A DNA stretch of 64,000 bases. It comes from Naegleria gruberi (Eukaryota). Position 1 is the first letter of the stretch, and every line of letters starts with the position of its first letter. A model generated the notes under the pieces. The model saw only the letters and a list, made by a program, of their open reading frames with translations. It made no database searches and was not told the DNA's origin. Below, piece after piece: positions 42,559 to 53,811 of this stretch. Position numbers and translations under genes: made by a program. The DNA is taken from the NCBI GenBank assembly GCA_000004985.1, contig GG738899.1; one strand, 5' to 3'.

Positions 42559-44763
42559 ATGAACAGGTGCCACTTGGTCAACCATGTTTTTCTTTTTCTT
42601 CTCATTGTTGTTATTGTATTCACATGTGGTACATGTAATGGCAACATGTTGCTCCAAGGCAACGATCAAACAGTCTATTACACACTTTACAATAGCATTC
42701 ATCAGAAGGACTATGTATTTCCATATACCTTCCTAAAAGCTTACATGTTGAAAGATAACCCAAAATTACTTTCGTTTAATGTAACAAGGAGTGGCGTTAT
42801 TGATTTATTGAAAGATGAGAAGATGGTAAAAAGTTTAAGAATTGGAATTGTCTCCTCGTGGGATACGACTAAAGACTATCGACAGATCATGAATGATTTC
42901 TTTCGATTTTATCAGCTAGAACACATTGTTGAACAAGTTTCGTTTACAATAGGTAGATATGGCACCTGTCAAGCAAATATTTTCGATAATTTTGACATTA
43001 TTTTCTCACACAACCAAATGTTTTATATGTGGATAAGGATTTTTAGAAATGGGAATCGATCTTACAAGATGGACGACTTTTTATCAGTAACCCTAGCTCC
43101 ATTCTATGTATTTGTTATTACAGAACCTTTGGGACCAATAGAAGAGTATACGGTTCATAATCTTGTATGGAACACAACGTGTAATGATGATGGACTTGAT
43201 TTTATTTCACAACTTGTAAATATTGCTCGTTATGAAACTAAGGTGGAGTACTTTTTCTACACTTCTAAAAGTGGAAATGGCACTCTTTTTGAGAGAGAAG
43301 ACAGATTGTTTATGAGTAGTATGAATGGATTTGATATCATGTATGTTTCTTCACAAGTAGCAGATAATTGGAAGAACAAGATTGTAAACTATTACAATAT
43401 TAATGAAAATACCTCATACCAATCATATCTCCTTCCTCAATGCACCGCTTGTAAGAATGATTATTGTGAAGAGTTTGTATTTGCTGATACTGATTACTGG
43501 ATTATACCTGTAACTCTTTTAATGATCATTCATTATTGTGTAATTTTCTTCTCTGGCTCTTTCAGAACACCAGCATTGAAGATTCGTCTGCTCATACCAT
43601 ATCTGTTACCGATTATTGTTTTTTACTTTGAGATCCACTTTTCTATTATCATTGTTTATAGTTGTAAAAATGTCAGAAATGCCATTAGCGGTTTCATTCT
43701 GACAGGTGGTATTCTGACCTATGCTTTTACAATTATTAGAGTATACTATCTTAGAAACTTGTATCACATTATCAATACAAGAAATATTGAATCCTCTATT
43801 AGGAATATTGCATTCCAAAGAAAGATTTCAGGTCCTCTACCTGGAATATTGCTCACTGGAGGAATAGCATTAATGTTAGTTCCAATATTTGGTTCACCAT
43901 ATTTGGTAGCTATTAGCTCTATAGATGAAATGGATAATTCAGTAATAGTTTTAAATGCACTCTATGCTGTATACATTGGACTTGGATGTTCAATTGGTGG
44001 TATTGCCATAGTATTGGATCTGGTATTCAATAGGAGAAAGTTGAAAGAAAAAGGATTGAAATATGTCCTATTCTTTGATGATCCATTCTTGATTCGTTTA
44101 GAAGTTTTCCTTCTTTCGTTATGTATTGTATTCATTGTTCTAATTTCAATCCCTAGTATTGATTTTCATTCAGCAAGATTTTTCAGATTTATGATTTATG
44201 TCATTGTCATTCTAAACTCTGGTCTTCTTGTATCTTTCAAGCAAATTATTACAAAAGTTTTCAATAGAAAGAAGAAGAATGAAATTTCCAACTTGGAAGT
44301 TTACATGCAAAACTCTGCATTCCAAATAATGATGAAAGAGTATTGTGTGAAAGAAATGTCTTTGGAAAATTATAATTGTTACATGTTTTTGGAACGATTG
44401 AAAGAGAAGACAGATCAATTGATAGATTTGACAGTAATCCAACAATTGGAGAAGGATTACTTCGCGCTTAATTCCATCTATGAGTTGAATATTCCATCAA
44501 ATGTAAGAAAATCATTCTATGAATTACTGAAACAAGTTGAAGATTCACACGCTCAACTCTGTGAAATGGCAGAAAGTAACATGACAGGCATGAACACTTC
44601 TCATGAAAATTCCTCTATACCAAAATATTCTGATTTGATAGAACTTGTGAACATCAATATTATTAGTAATTTGGGGGATACACTCTCAAGGTTGGAAGTA
44701 ACGAACGAATATCAGGTCTGGCAAGAATTGTATGATATCCAATCTAAATCATCAGTAATTTAA
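42559..44763 (+). CDS. 7TM receptor with C-terminal RGS domain (734 aa), paralog of the C-terminal half of the 35661-40166 gene
   Basis: True ATG plus signal peptide, a ~280-aa ectodomain, seven hydrophobic helices, and a C-terminal RGS-like KEMSLENYNCYMFLERL...NIPSNVRKSF. The last parallels NIPSNLRKNL in the neighbouring receptor. Confidence 0.7.
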   Translation: MNRCHLVNHVFLFLLIVVIVFTCGTCNGNMLLQGNDQTVYYTLYNSIHQKDYVFPYTFLKAYMLKDNPKLLSFNVTRSGVIDLLKDEKMVKSLRIGIVSSWDTTKDYRQIMNDFFRFYQLEHIVEQVSFTIGRYGTCQANIFDNFDIIFSHNQMFYMWIRIFRNGNRSYKMDDFLSVTLAPFYVFVITEPLGPIEEYTVHNLVWNTTCNDDGLDFISQLVNIARYETKVEYFFYTSKSGNGTLFEREDRLFMSSMNGFDIMYVSSQVADNWKNKIVNYYNINENTSYQSYLLPQCTACKNDYCEEFVFADTDYWIIPVTLLMIIHYCVIFFSGSFRTPALKIRLLIPYLLPIIVFYFEIHFSIIIVYSCKNVRNAISGFILTGGILTYAFTIIRVYYLRNLYHIINTRNIESSIRNIAFQRKISGPLPGILLTGGIALMLVPIFGSPYLVAISSIDEMDNSVIVLNALYAVYIGLGCSIGGIAIVLDLVFNRRKLKEKGLKYVLFFDDPFLIRLEVFLLSLCIVFIVLISIPSIDFHSARFFRFMIYVIVILNSGLLVSFKQIITKVFNRKKKNEISNLEVYMQNSAFQIMMKEYCVKEMSLENYNCYMFLERLKEKTDQLIDLTVIQQLEKDYFALNSIYELNIPSNVRKSFYELLKQVEDSHAQLCEMAESNMTGMNTSHENSSIPKYSDLIELVNINIISNLGDTLSRLEVTNEYQVWQELYDIQSKSSVI

Positions 44764-45014
44764 TAAATCTAAACTCATTCCGCACATAGGAATGATTAAT
44801 GTCCAATTGAGACTGGCATACAGTGGCTTAGAAATCATTACCAATTTACCAATTTGAAAACCTGATTGCAGTTTCTATAGGTTGGGCAAGTGGACCAGTC
44901 ATAGGAGGATTGCCAATTCTAGGTTGAATTGGGCCGATAGTTTGGAAAAGTCATATCCTAACAGTTGGATTTCAAAATTCCCACTCATTGAACCTTTTGG
45001 GAAAGATCTCCACA

Positions 45015-46343
45015 TTATTTAATAGTGCCTAAGGATTGGTATTTTCTATTTTGATATTTGTAATCCATGTACATATCCATTAATTCTCCAACATTCTTTA
45101 AAAGTTGATAGCAATGCTGCAAGTATTCCACATTTTCTTGCAGAGAGGAAGGTTCCAGCTCCTTCTTACTGTCTAGTACAACTGTTGGCTCTCTAAATTT
45201 TTGAACTATGAACCTTAGTTCATTAATTCGCTTCTTGAGCATGGTAATCAAACGATAATAAATATTGATGGGAGCAGATTGGTTGTTTGCTAGGAATGGT
45301 TCGTTTGATGTAATAGATTTCAATAATAACCTCGATGATTCAGTGTCATCGCTATCGTCCTTGTGGAATTTTTCAATTATGCCATCAACTCTTGTTAAAA
45401 CGTTCTGTTTCAAGTGAAATTTTCTTAGAAAATTCATAGCTAATGTATTAGAATATAGATTGGGATAATATTTGTAATATTCTTTTGATAAAAAGTAAGG
45501 AGAGTCTTCATCAAACTTGTGAACTAGCAGTCCAATTAAAAAGCACCATACAGGAATGAAATGTCTTGGAGATAAGCTGAATTCCTTCTTTGTTGGTACT
45601 AATATTGAAAGAATCTTGTCAATCAAATATTGAGATCCGTACACAGTTGCTGGCATATTTTTTCCTATGAATTTGAAAACAAATGATCGATTCAATTTCC
45701 TCAATTCTTCTGTATCTCCAATAAACTTCTCATTCAATTTGTCATCACTCTCTGTTGCAAAATAGAGATAGCAACCATTTAAATAATTATAACCAAATAA
45801 TGCCCAATATTGTGAATAAGTTGAATATCTCACAATAATCGCTTCTTCTACTCCTCCAATTATAATCCTAATCTTGGAATGATTTCCAGACTCTATGTTT
45901 CCGAATTGAAAAACAGTGAATGGATTATCTAAACTTTTTGTACGCCAAACCTCTTCCACAATAATTCTAGAAAGCACCATTTTGATCAACTGTTCAATGA
46001 AAGGTTCCTGTGTTAGGGATGGATGCGAAAATTGCAGAATATCTAAATCTAAATAATTCTGGCTCGGTAATCGTTCTTTTAAACTTTTTGAAACTCTGCA
46101 CTTGTATTCACTAAAGTGGTTTCTAATTTTGTGTTTCCAAAAGAGATCATTGTCGGAGATGATAGACGATGAAATATTTGTTTTTCCCTTTGTATTATTA
46201 CTCAAGAGGTGAAAGTAAAATTCCCACAATTGATTAGAATTGGCAATTTGATGCCACTCTTTACACACGAGGGATAATTTCACAGTGCGAGAATAATCAA
46301 GAAATGAAAAGATGGTGAAGAGAATGTCTTGCAGTTGACTCAT
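45015..46343 (-). CDS. F-box protein (442 aa)
   Basis: True ATG. N-terminal LQDILFTIFSFLDYSRTVKLSLVCKEWHQI is a canonical F-box. Confidence 0.6.
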   Translation of the reverse strand: MSQLQDILFTIFSFLDYSRTVKLSLVCKEWHQIANSNQLWEFYFHLLSNNTKGKTNISSSIISDNDLFWKHKIRNHFSEYKCRVSKSLKERLPSQNYLDLDILQFSHPSLTQEPFIEQLIKMVLSRIIVEEVWRTKSLDNPFTVFQFGNIESGNHSKIRIIIGGVEEAIIVRYSTYSQYWALFGYNYLNGCYLYFATESDDKLNEKFIGDTEELRKLNRSFVFKFIGKNMPATVYGSQYLIDKILSILVPTKKEFSLSPRHFIPVWCFLIGLLVHKFDEDSPYFLSKEYYKYYPNLYSNTLAMNFLRKFHLKQNVLTRVDGIIEKFHKDDSDDTESSRLLLKSITSNEPFLANNQSAPINIYYRLITMLKKRINELRFIVQKFREPTVVLDSKKELEPSSLQENVEYLQHCYQLLKNVGELMDMYMDYKYQNRKYQSLGTIK

Positions 46344-46564
46344 TTTTTTTAAATGTTATTACACCACAATATTTACACTTCACCTCGTTTCTGAAGATCT
46401 AAAATTGATTTTTATTCCTCAAAGTAAACGAGATTTAATCTGTTTGGCATTAGGTCTTCTGGAAGGTTCCCAGCTCAACATTTCAATAATTAATTGGATG
46501 AGTTCTTCGTTTGTTGAGTGGAGTTTCAATTGTTCTTCGACTGAAGCATTCATTTCAGTTTCTG

Positions 46565-48952
46565 TCATGACTCTGAAGGTTGTTTTCTAATATGTGTAAG
46601 TATTATTGAACTGGAAATATTAAAACTTACCAAATCTCTGGTTATTAATTGATAGAAAATCAATCCTAATGAAAATATATCCGAAGCAAAAGATAATTCC
46701 TTATCGTTGTGTCTGCAATGATATTCAGGAATAAATACATTATATAACAATTGATTAGGTATGCCTTTTTCTAATTCTGAAACATCCATGACAGAGTCCA
46801 ATACTGAAATCATAATTTCCATACTCTGCCATGAGGAGAGATGGAAACGAATGTTTTCACAACATAAACCCAAGTGAACTTTCTTTCTCTCATGAATATG
46901 AACTACTGCATCACACAGTTGAGCCATCGCATTCTTGAGAAGAGAGGAAACAATCTTTTCCTCTGTGAGCTTATTTGATTTACAAAAGTCCAATAAGTTT
47001 CCTCCTTTCAAATGAGTAGTAATAATGTAAAAACTCCTCTCATCTGTAAATTCCTCTACCTTTTGAACAATATGTTCATGATGGAACTGATATTGCAAGA
47101 GCTGAATTTGTTAGTTTACAATTAAAATATAACAACTTACATTTTTACAAAATACTCCAAAGTGTAAAAACATGAATGTGGCAACTTCCTTGTCATTATT
47201 CTTGATATCAGCACAAAGGAAACTTATAATACCAGATTCTAAACCAGCAATGTCAATCTTTCTTATCATTTTGTATCTTCCATTGAGAAGAACAGACGAG
47301 TATCTCTTCTTATCATCTTTAGGAACAGCCTCACTTGTAGGATTGGTAACTGGAACTGGAAGTAATATTTGTTCTAATTGTTTCTCCAATGTGAAAAATC
47401 CATTATCTCTAAACGATTCTAATATTCTTACGACTTGATAAGCTTGAGGTCTGAGATAGGCCTTTCTTTGAAGCATGGAAATTACCAGTCTTTGTACGAG
47501 TGGAGGGAATCCATTTCTCTCCAATGTCTTACAAAGTCTGAAATGGGTCGCCGCTTGATTGTTTCTAATTGCTTCATGCATTAGGAATCTTTGACCGTTG
47601 ATTGTCAAATCTCTTTCTAGAGTTAATAACTCATAGAATACACATCCCAACGAAAATATATCACCTGACCTGTCAATTTTAAGATTAGAATCCATATATT
47701 CAGGAGCCATTGTTAATGGTGTTCCCTTTCTACTGACACTTGCTCTTGGATCCCATCTTGTCAACAAACCGAAATCTGAAATCTTACAGAATAGTTTACC
47801 ATTCTTTTCGGAATCAAGAAGAATATTCTCAGATTTCAAATCTCTATAGATGAAATTTTGGTAATGGAGCTGGTCTATTCCTGTTGAAATGTCAATTGCA
47901 AACGAAAGCCACTCTGGGTAATGTAAATAATTTGGATCGTTTCTATACTGATTCAAATGATCAAAAAGAGTTCCGTGAGGGATAAAGTTCATTACTACAT
48001 TGAGTCCATAATCATTGAACATTTCTCCTTTTCTCTCTACGAATTTCTTTACAATTGTTACCAAGTTCTTGTGATCAGATATTTTCATAACTAGATCCAA
48101 ATGTCTATTCATTTCCTTGATTTTATCCTGATCCATAACTTCAGTACATCGTTTAAGGGCTACAAATGAATGAGTAGTTCTGTCAAAACATTTAAAAACT
48201 GCTCCTTCAGTTCCTTCTCCCATCTTTTTCAAAATGATATAGTGGTTTCCATAGACGACCATATTTGGAGGTTTCCACTTTGGTCCATCAGTAGAAAGGC
48301 AATTCATGATAAGATGCTTTAGCAAAAGCAACCCCTTGTTTTCTATTGAAAGCTTGTTCAATTCCCTAATAAGAGTAATTCCAAAATTCCACATGTGTGT
48401 ACTGATAAAGTTTGACACTTGTTTTTCTGAAATTCTAATATTGTGTTACTAGTAAATCCAATGCTATCTTACTTACCTCTTGTTAAGAGTATTTGGTCCA
48501 GAAAATCCCTCCTTTTGGAAAAATTTTGAAATAGATTCCTCATGTGAACTCAAAATAGCTGATAATAAAATGTGCTGCTCAGAGTCTACATTGCAGAATG
48601 ATTTGGTGAATGCTTCCTTCTTTGATAATAGTTTGACAGCTAAACAAATTGTGATGGCTATAAAGACAGTTTCTGCTTTTGAAACATAATTGAAAGGAGT
48701 GTTCTTTAGCATACGGAACACGTCCTTCCTATTTTCCTTCACATTAGTTAGATTTAGAATTTGGAAGCAGTAAGATCTCATCTCTTCAAATGTTGTTGGA
48801 ATTACATTTTGTACAACGTTGAGGGTGTTTACAATATCTGTATCAGTATATTTTGATTGATCCGCAATATAATAGTACAACTCTGTTATCCATACTGTCA
48901 TGTTATTCTCAAAACAAAATTGAATTTCCTTTGAAAGAACGTGGGGCTTCAT
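46565..48952 (-). CDS. protein kinase with an N-terminal unknown domain, a catalytic kinase domain and a C-terminal pseudokinase-like domain; 3 exons (48477-48952, 47141-48434, 46565-47101), ~768 aa
   Basis: ATG at 48952. Donor GTAAGT at 48476 and acceptor TATTAG ending at 48435 (42-nt intron, phase 2). It continues into the kinase domain (GEGTEGAVFKC, VALKR, YRDLKSENILL, ISDFGL, TPLTMAPE). Donor GTAAGT at 47140 and acceptor ATTCAG ending at 47102 (39-nt intron containing AACTAAC) continues into a degenerate kinase-like domain (HLGLCCENIRFH in place of HRDLKPEN). The track ORFs start at GTG and TTG. Confidence 0.7.
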
Positions 48953-49086
48953 GTTGCTGAAATGATTTTCTCTGAATTGTTCCTTATCCTCCTCAATGCT
49001 GTTGCTTGATGTGATGGATTTGTAAAGGTCGGAAATGTGGTGATAAATCTCAAAATTTTCTCTCTTGGAAAGTTCCTCATTAGAGG

Positions 49087-51511
49087 TCAGTAAGGCATTT
49101 TCTTTGTCTTTTCATGGGTTAATAGATGCAAGAACATGAAACACTTACCAAAATTTTTAGAAATAATGTGATTGGTTACGAATAGTTTGTTAAAAGAATC
49201 AATACCCAAAAATTCCGAAAGAGTTTTTAAATCTCTTTCAGCACTCTCAGGAATTTGCTTATTGTAAAACATTGATTCATAATCTGAAGAATTGAACTCT
49301 CCAACCAATAGCTTATAAGCTGGCTGGCTGTTAATAAAACTGATAAATAAAGATGTCATTATGATATTTGAAGGTACTGTTACATAGTTTGCCTCTGGAT
49401 TATGAAGACCAGAAGGTAAATTTCCACTATGGGAAGCCATCATTTCGAAAAATGTTGTGCCCCCAATAGTTGTCTTTGAGAAATGAGACATGGATTTCTC
49501 AACTGGTTCAGGAGGGAGCTCCTTCGTAGAGTCAAAATAGTGACGACATCCAAAGAGCAGAGCCTTTGGTACGACAACAAGCTCTCCAGATTTGATCTTC
49601 TTCTTGTCGAGTGTGAAAATGTTTAAACTCTCTGGTGTTGAAATGTTTGCAGTCTCGGTAAAATGCATGAATGCATTGTGGGCAATTTGGAACCTTTCAT
49701 TGAAATACTTGTATACCCCAACAGCTTTGGTCAAGCCACAACTGTACAAAAATCTACCATGGGCTAAATAAATATTAAGTTATAATTATGCAACAATACC
49801 AAATACATACAATTCTTGAATATGGTATCTTCATCCACGGAAACAATGTTATGCTCGATTAATATTTGTTTTGGGATGTAAAAATCAGACGAGCCTCCTG
49901 TTTGATAAACTTTACCGTTCTGCGTAAGGAAAAAACATTCTCCAAATTTACTGCATTTCAAATCCTCAATTTCTATTCCATTTTCCTTAAAGAACGTTAT
50001 TTCCTTAGGTCCATTAAAGGTTCTAGCCAATCCGACTCCGAATATTCCACTCATATTATTTCCCAATCCCCAAATGGTTTGTCTGTCCTTGGCTAAACAC
50101 ATCAATGTTAAACCATCATCATCACTGCATTTTTTTCAATACGTAAGCAAAACTAATTGATGATTCAAGAAACAAACCTGCATGAAATTTTGATAATTTC
50201 CTTTCCAAACAAACTGGTCAGTACTCTAATACATAAGTTACTGGCAACTACTGCATTTTGAGGTTCTGTCAAGGTAGCCAAAAAAGGTGTCAATGTTTCT
50301 GTATCACCAGCGACAAGGACTGTTCCCTCAGCAGTCAAGAAGAAAACACTGTCATCTGTATTTACAGCATCCACAATTCCACTTGTTAAATGTGTAATAC
50401 TGTCGAGATGGAGTGAATTTGGTTTGGTATCGTAAGGCCCCTTGACGAAAATATTCAAACCACAAGCATATGCATTGTAGTCATCGGTGAGAAAAACTGT
50501 GGACCTCTTGAGAATACATATTTTTCTTACTTTTCTATTCTTGAAATTGTAACGGAGAAGAGATGGCACAACAGTGAGAGGCATATTGTGACCTAACCCC
50601 AATCTATAATCATCATTACAACCAGCAACCCAAATATGTTGATCTATTTCAAATTATAAATTCATCATTTTTTAAAAAATTGATAACCTACCACTAACGA
50701 AAAAAGAAGTTTCGTATTGTGAAAATACAGAATGAAATTTAGAAATATCCAAAGTATCTGAGTATTCCTTCTTCAATTGTACTCTGACAGTTGAGAAATC
50801 TTCAACATTTGGCAGCAAATGTTGTCCACAAACTTCATCACTTGATTTGGAAGAAACACAAAATGAATATCTCGATTGATTCAACAATTCATCCAACAAG
50901 ACATTTCTATCCTTATTTTGTTCATTGTCAATATTTAAATTAATTTTCTTTGCATTCTCTCTCACAATTTCAAACATGTAAATAACATCAGATTTAACAA
51001 ATGCCTTTTCTTCTTCCAATGCTGCTTCCTCTTCTTCCTTGTTAACAACAGTACCAATACTCGTATTGGCAGCATCACTAATGGACGCTGACAATGATGA
51101 TGAATTGGAAATTATCAGAGTTTTCCTGTTGAGTCCTCTCTTTAAATGTACAGGTTCGAATCGGTGAGCATTCGATCGGTTTCTATTCGGTCTCGAGAAG
51201 AAATCATCAAATTCCATCAAGTAATCATTTGCTGATTTTTCCTCTTCTTTTTCTTCCAATATTGTTATTGGTGGTGATGAAGCTATTGTTGTAGATGAAG
51301 ATGGAGAGGTAGGTTGTGATGGAAATGAAGAGGGTGATGAAGAAGGTGAAACTGATGATTAGACCAATATTTTGTTTTTCAAATGTTTCATATTGTTAGG
51401 AACAGTGCTTGAAGATGGTGAATCTGGTCGAAACAATCCATCATCACCCAAATCTGTAGTGTCATCGATGGCACTTATTTCCGAGTCCATAGAGGCTAAC
51501 ATGCCTTTCAT
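49087..51511 (-). CDS. RCC1-repeat + BTB-domain protein (RCBTB/IBtk-like), multi-exon
   Basis: Resolved 3' exons are 50178-50643, 49811-50124 and 49087-49763; the upstream exon ends at 50692 and the 5' end is unresolved (candidate ATG at 51511). Junctions: GTAGGT(50691)..ATAG(50644), which restores WVAGCNDDYRLGLGHN (an RCC1 motif); GTTTGT(50177)..CAG(50125); GTATGT(49810)..TAG(49764). The C-terminal exon has a BTB-like segment (GELVVVPKALLFGCRHYF). Confidence 0.55.
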
Positions 51512-52060
51512 ATTTTTTTATTAGATGGCTTGTTTCAATTTTTAAATTAGGCTTGGAGTGTTTAGGAGTCAACATGACATTTTACGAGACAATTTTGGAA
51601 TTATGCAGAGTTGGGGTAAGTTAGTGCATTGTGTTTGATAATGTTTGATTCAGAATAAAGCCTATTACCTTAACCGCTAAAATGGAAGAGGAATGTTTGG
51701 CTCTCAATCCATTGCATTATTAATAATAAACAATATTTGGTCCTAACCTGAGTGCTGTTTTTCGAGTTGGTGATGAGAGGGAAGAATTGAATTTTCAACA
51801 AAATTGTTTATATTCGTTTGAGGAACAAGATTGGAAGTGCAGAAGAGTTACATGGAAGATTTTGGTCTGTTCTAGAGAGAGGAGAAACGTGGGAGAAGGT
51901 GAATGTCACATGGTTGATCTTCAATGAGTTTATTGAATGAATACTGCTTTTATTTTGGATACTCTTGACTGTAGTGGTAAGTGTGATATTCATTATTGAA
52001 ATTAAATATTTTTGTAATTTGTTAAATATTTAAATTGTTTTTTTTTAATAATTTAAAAAA

Positions 52061-52516
52061 ATGAATACAAAGCAACAAGAGGATTCTTCAATGTCAAAAG
52101 AAGAGGTAGAATTGTTGAATAAACTCATGACGGATAAAACTTTAAATCCAACATCAAAAGAGGAATTACAAACAACACGTATCCCGAAGGATGATAGTAA
52201 ATTTCAACAATTACAAAAGGCACTAGATGATTGTTCAAAGAAGGCTCACACCTTCCTGTATTCATCAATTTCCTTGGGTGCTTCCGTTCCGATGGTTTTA
52301 ATTTTCAAAACAATGAAGCCTTTGTACATTTTACCACTTGTTGGTGGTGCTGTTGATTTGTACAAGAGCTCTCAAAATTGTAAGAATGAAAGAGAGGCTT
52401 TTGATACCTATTTGCTAAAGAGAAGAAAATGGGAATTACTCTCCGAAGCTAAGAGATTGGAAATGGAAAAGAATGCTCTCCAAGATGAATTACAAAAGAG
52501 AAGACAATCAAAATAA
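52061..52516 (+). CDS. small membrane protein (151 aa) with one Gly-rich hydrophobic segment and a C-terminal coiled coil; hypothetical
   Basis: True ATG. ...ISLGASVPMVLIF...ILPLVGGAVDLY... then a basic coiled coil. OPA3-like resemblance is weak. Confidence 0.4.
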   Translation: MNTKQQEDSSMSKEEVELLNKLMTDKTLNPTSKEELQTTRIPKDDSKFQQLQKALDDCSKKAHTFLYSSISLGASVPMVLIFKTMKPLYILPLVGGAVDLYKSSQNCKNEREAFDTYLLKRRKWELLSEAKRLEMEKNALQDELQKRRQSK

Positions 52517-53811
52517 TATGCTATCAACAATATATTGGCTGTGCTCATCAGAATTTAGGAACAATTTTGGAAATTGAAGTATATTGAACCCTGTGTGGAA
52601 AGAATATAATAATACGATTTTTCACCAATGTGTTAAATCAAATGTTGATTGATCGTGTTCTTGAACAACAGTAGTTATTATATTATAGGGAATAAAATAT
52701 CTATTTGTTGTGAACAACAGGTTCATCCCTTTTCGGAAAATTAAATCCCTTAATGATCAATCGTCACGATGCGTTGTTAGATGCAAAAACTCTAATTATT
52801 GCTTGATGAACTAGACAAATGTTGCCCTTACTATAGGAATGAATACAGAGCACTCATTCTCAAAATTAAGAGGCTACTTATTAAAGTAAAAGTTATAAGC
52901 AATTTTTGATCAATCTTCTATAGACTCTTGATTGGACAAATATGAGTTCTGTTTGCTCAAATTAAGATCACAGTACTACTTCTTTACTCTGTAAAGATGA
53001 ACCTCAACGTTGAGCAAAAAAAAATTGTTTCAAGCCGAAACTTTGGTACATTTAGGTGCATCTTTGAAAACTCGGGAAAACTCAAAACTAGTCTTGGCCG
53101 TATCTTGTTATTTAAGCATCCTAAAGTGGCTGCCTAACACTCTCAAACAAGGCAATGTTAATATAAGCAGCCCCAAAGCGGCAAGCTGCGCCCACAACAA
53201 ATCAAAGAAAGTGCCCCCTGCAAAATGTTATTAAGGCAAGAGTTAGAAAACCACTGGTAGAATATAGAATAATTGCCCTTATGCATAATTCTTATGGAAC
53301 AACTCTCTTGACCGTAATCCAAAGTACAATTCTGGCGCCGTGTGTCTTGCCATCTTTTCAGCCTTGATCAGATTTTGAAAGCTGTTTAATGTGTGGGTTA
53401 ATGAGCACAAACGTAAGATGCCATGTTTCGAAGTCAAATTAGGGCAAACGGTCGTTCAAGTTTGTTTGCTCAAACACAAATTGTAAATATTTATTCAACT
53501 CTAAAACAACACACACAACACTAATCAGCAGCAAGCGTCGAGATAGAACATTAGTGAGGAGCTTTTATCAACCTTTAATACAACAATTTCCTCTCTTAAA
53601 GAGTGTTTTCATATTGAAAATAAGACTCGCGACATTGTTAAATAACATCAACATCATCAATATCACTCGTCTTCAACCTTATTAAAATCGTATGAGCTTT
53701 GATATATCATTGTTCCTATTTTTAAAAAGCAACATCATCATCTTAATTTATATATATCAAATACAAGCATCAAATAATATATAACAAAAACCAATAACAT
53801 TATAAAACTCT

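Noticed and set aside
48952-49087. Possible read-through or splice fusion of the RCC1/BTB gene with the downstream kinase gene (the kinase frame is open 59 codons upstream of its ATG; GTAAGT near 49100)
   Set aside because: No AG acceptor in the required phase exists between the candidate donor and the kinase ATG. The RCC1/BTB ORF ends in a clean stop and the kinase exon has a true ATG.
52981-53010. U5 snRNA loop-I-like motif (CTTTACTCTGTAAAGAT)
   Set aside because: The invariant U5 loop is UUUUACUAAAG. Here it is interrupted by CTG and lacks a flanking stem and a Sm site, so it is most likely chance.
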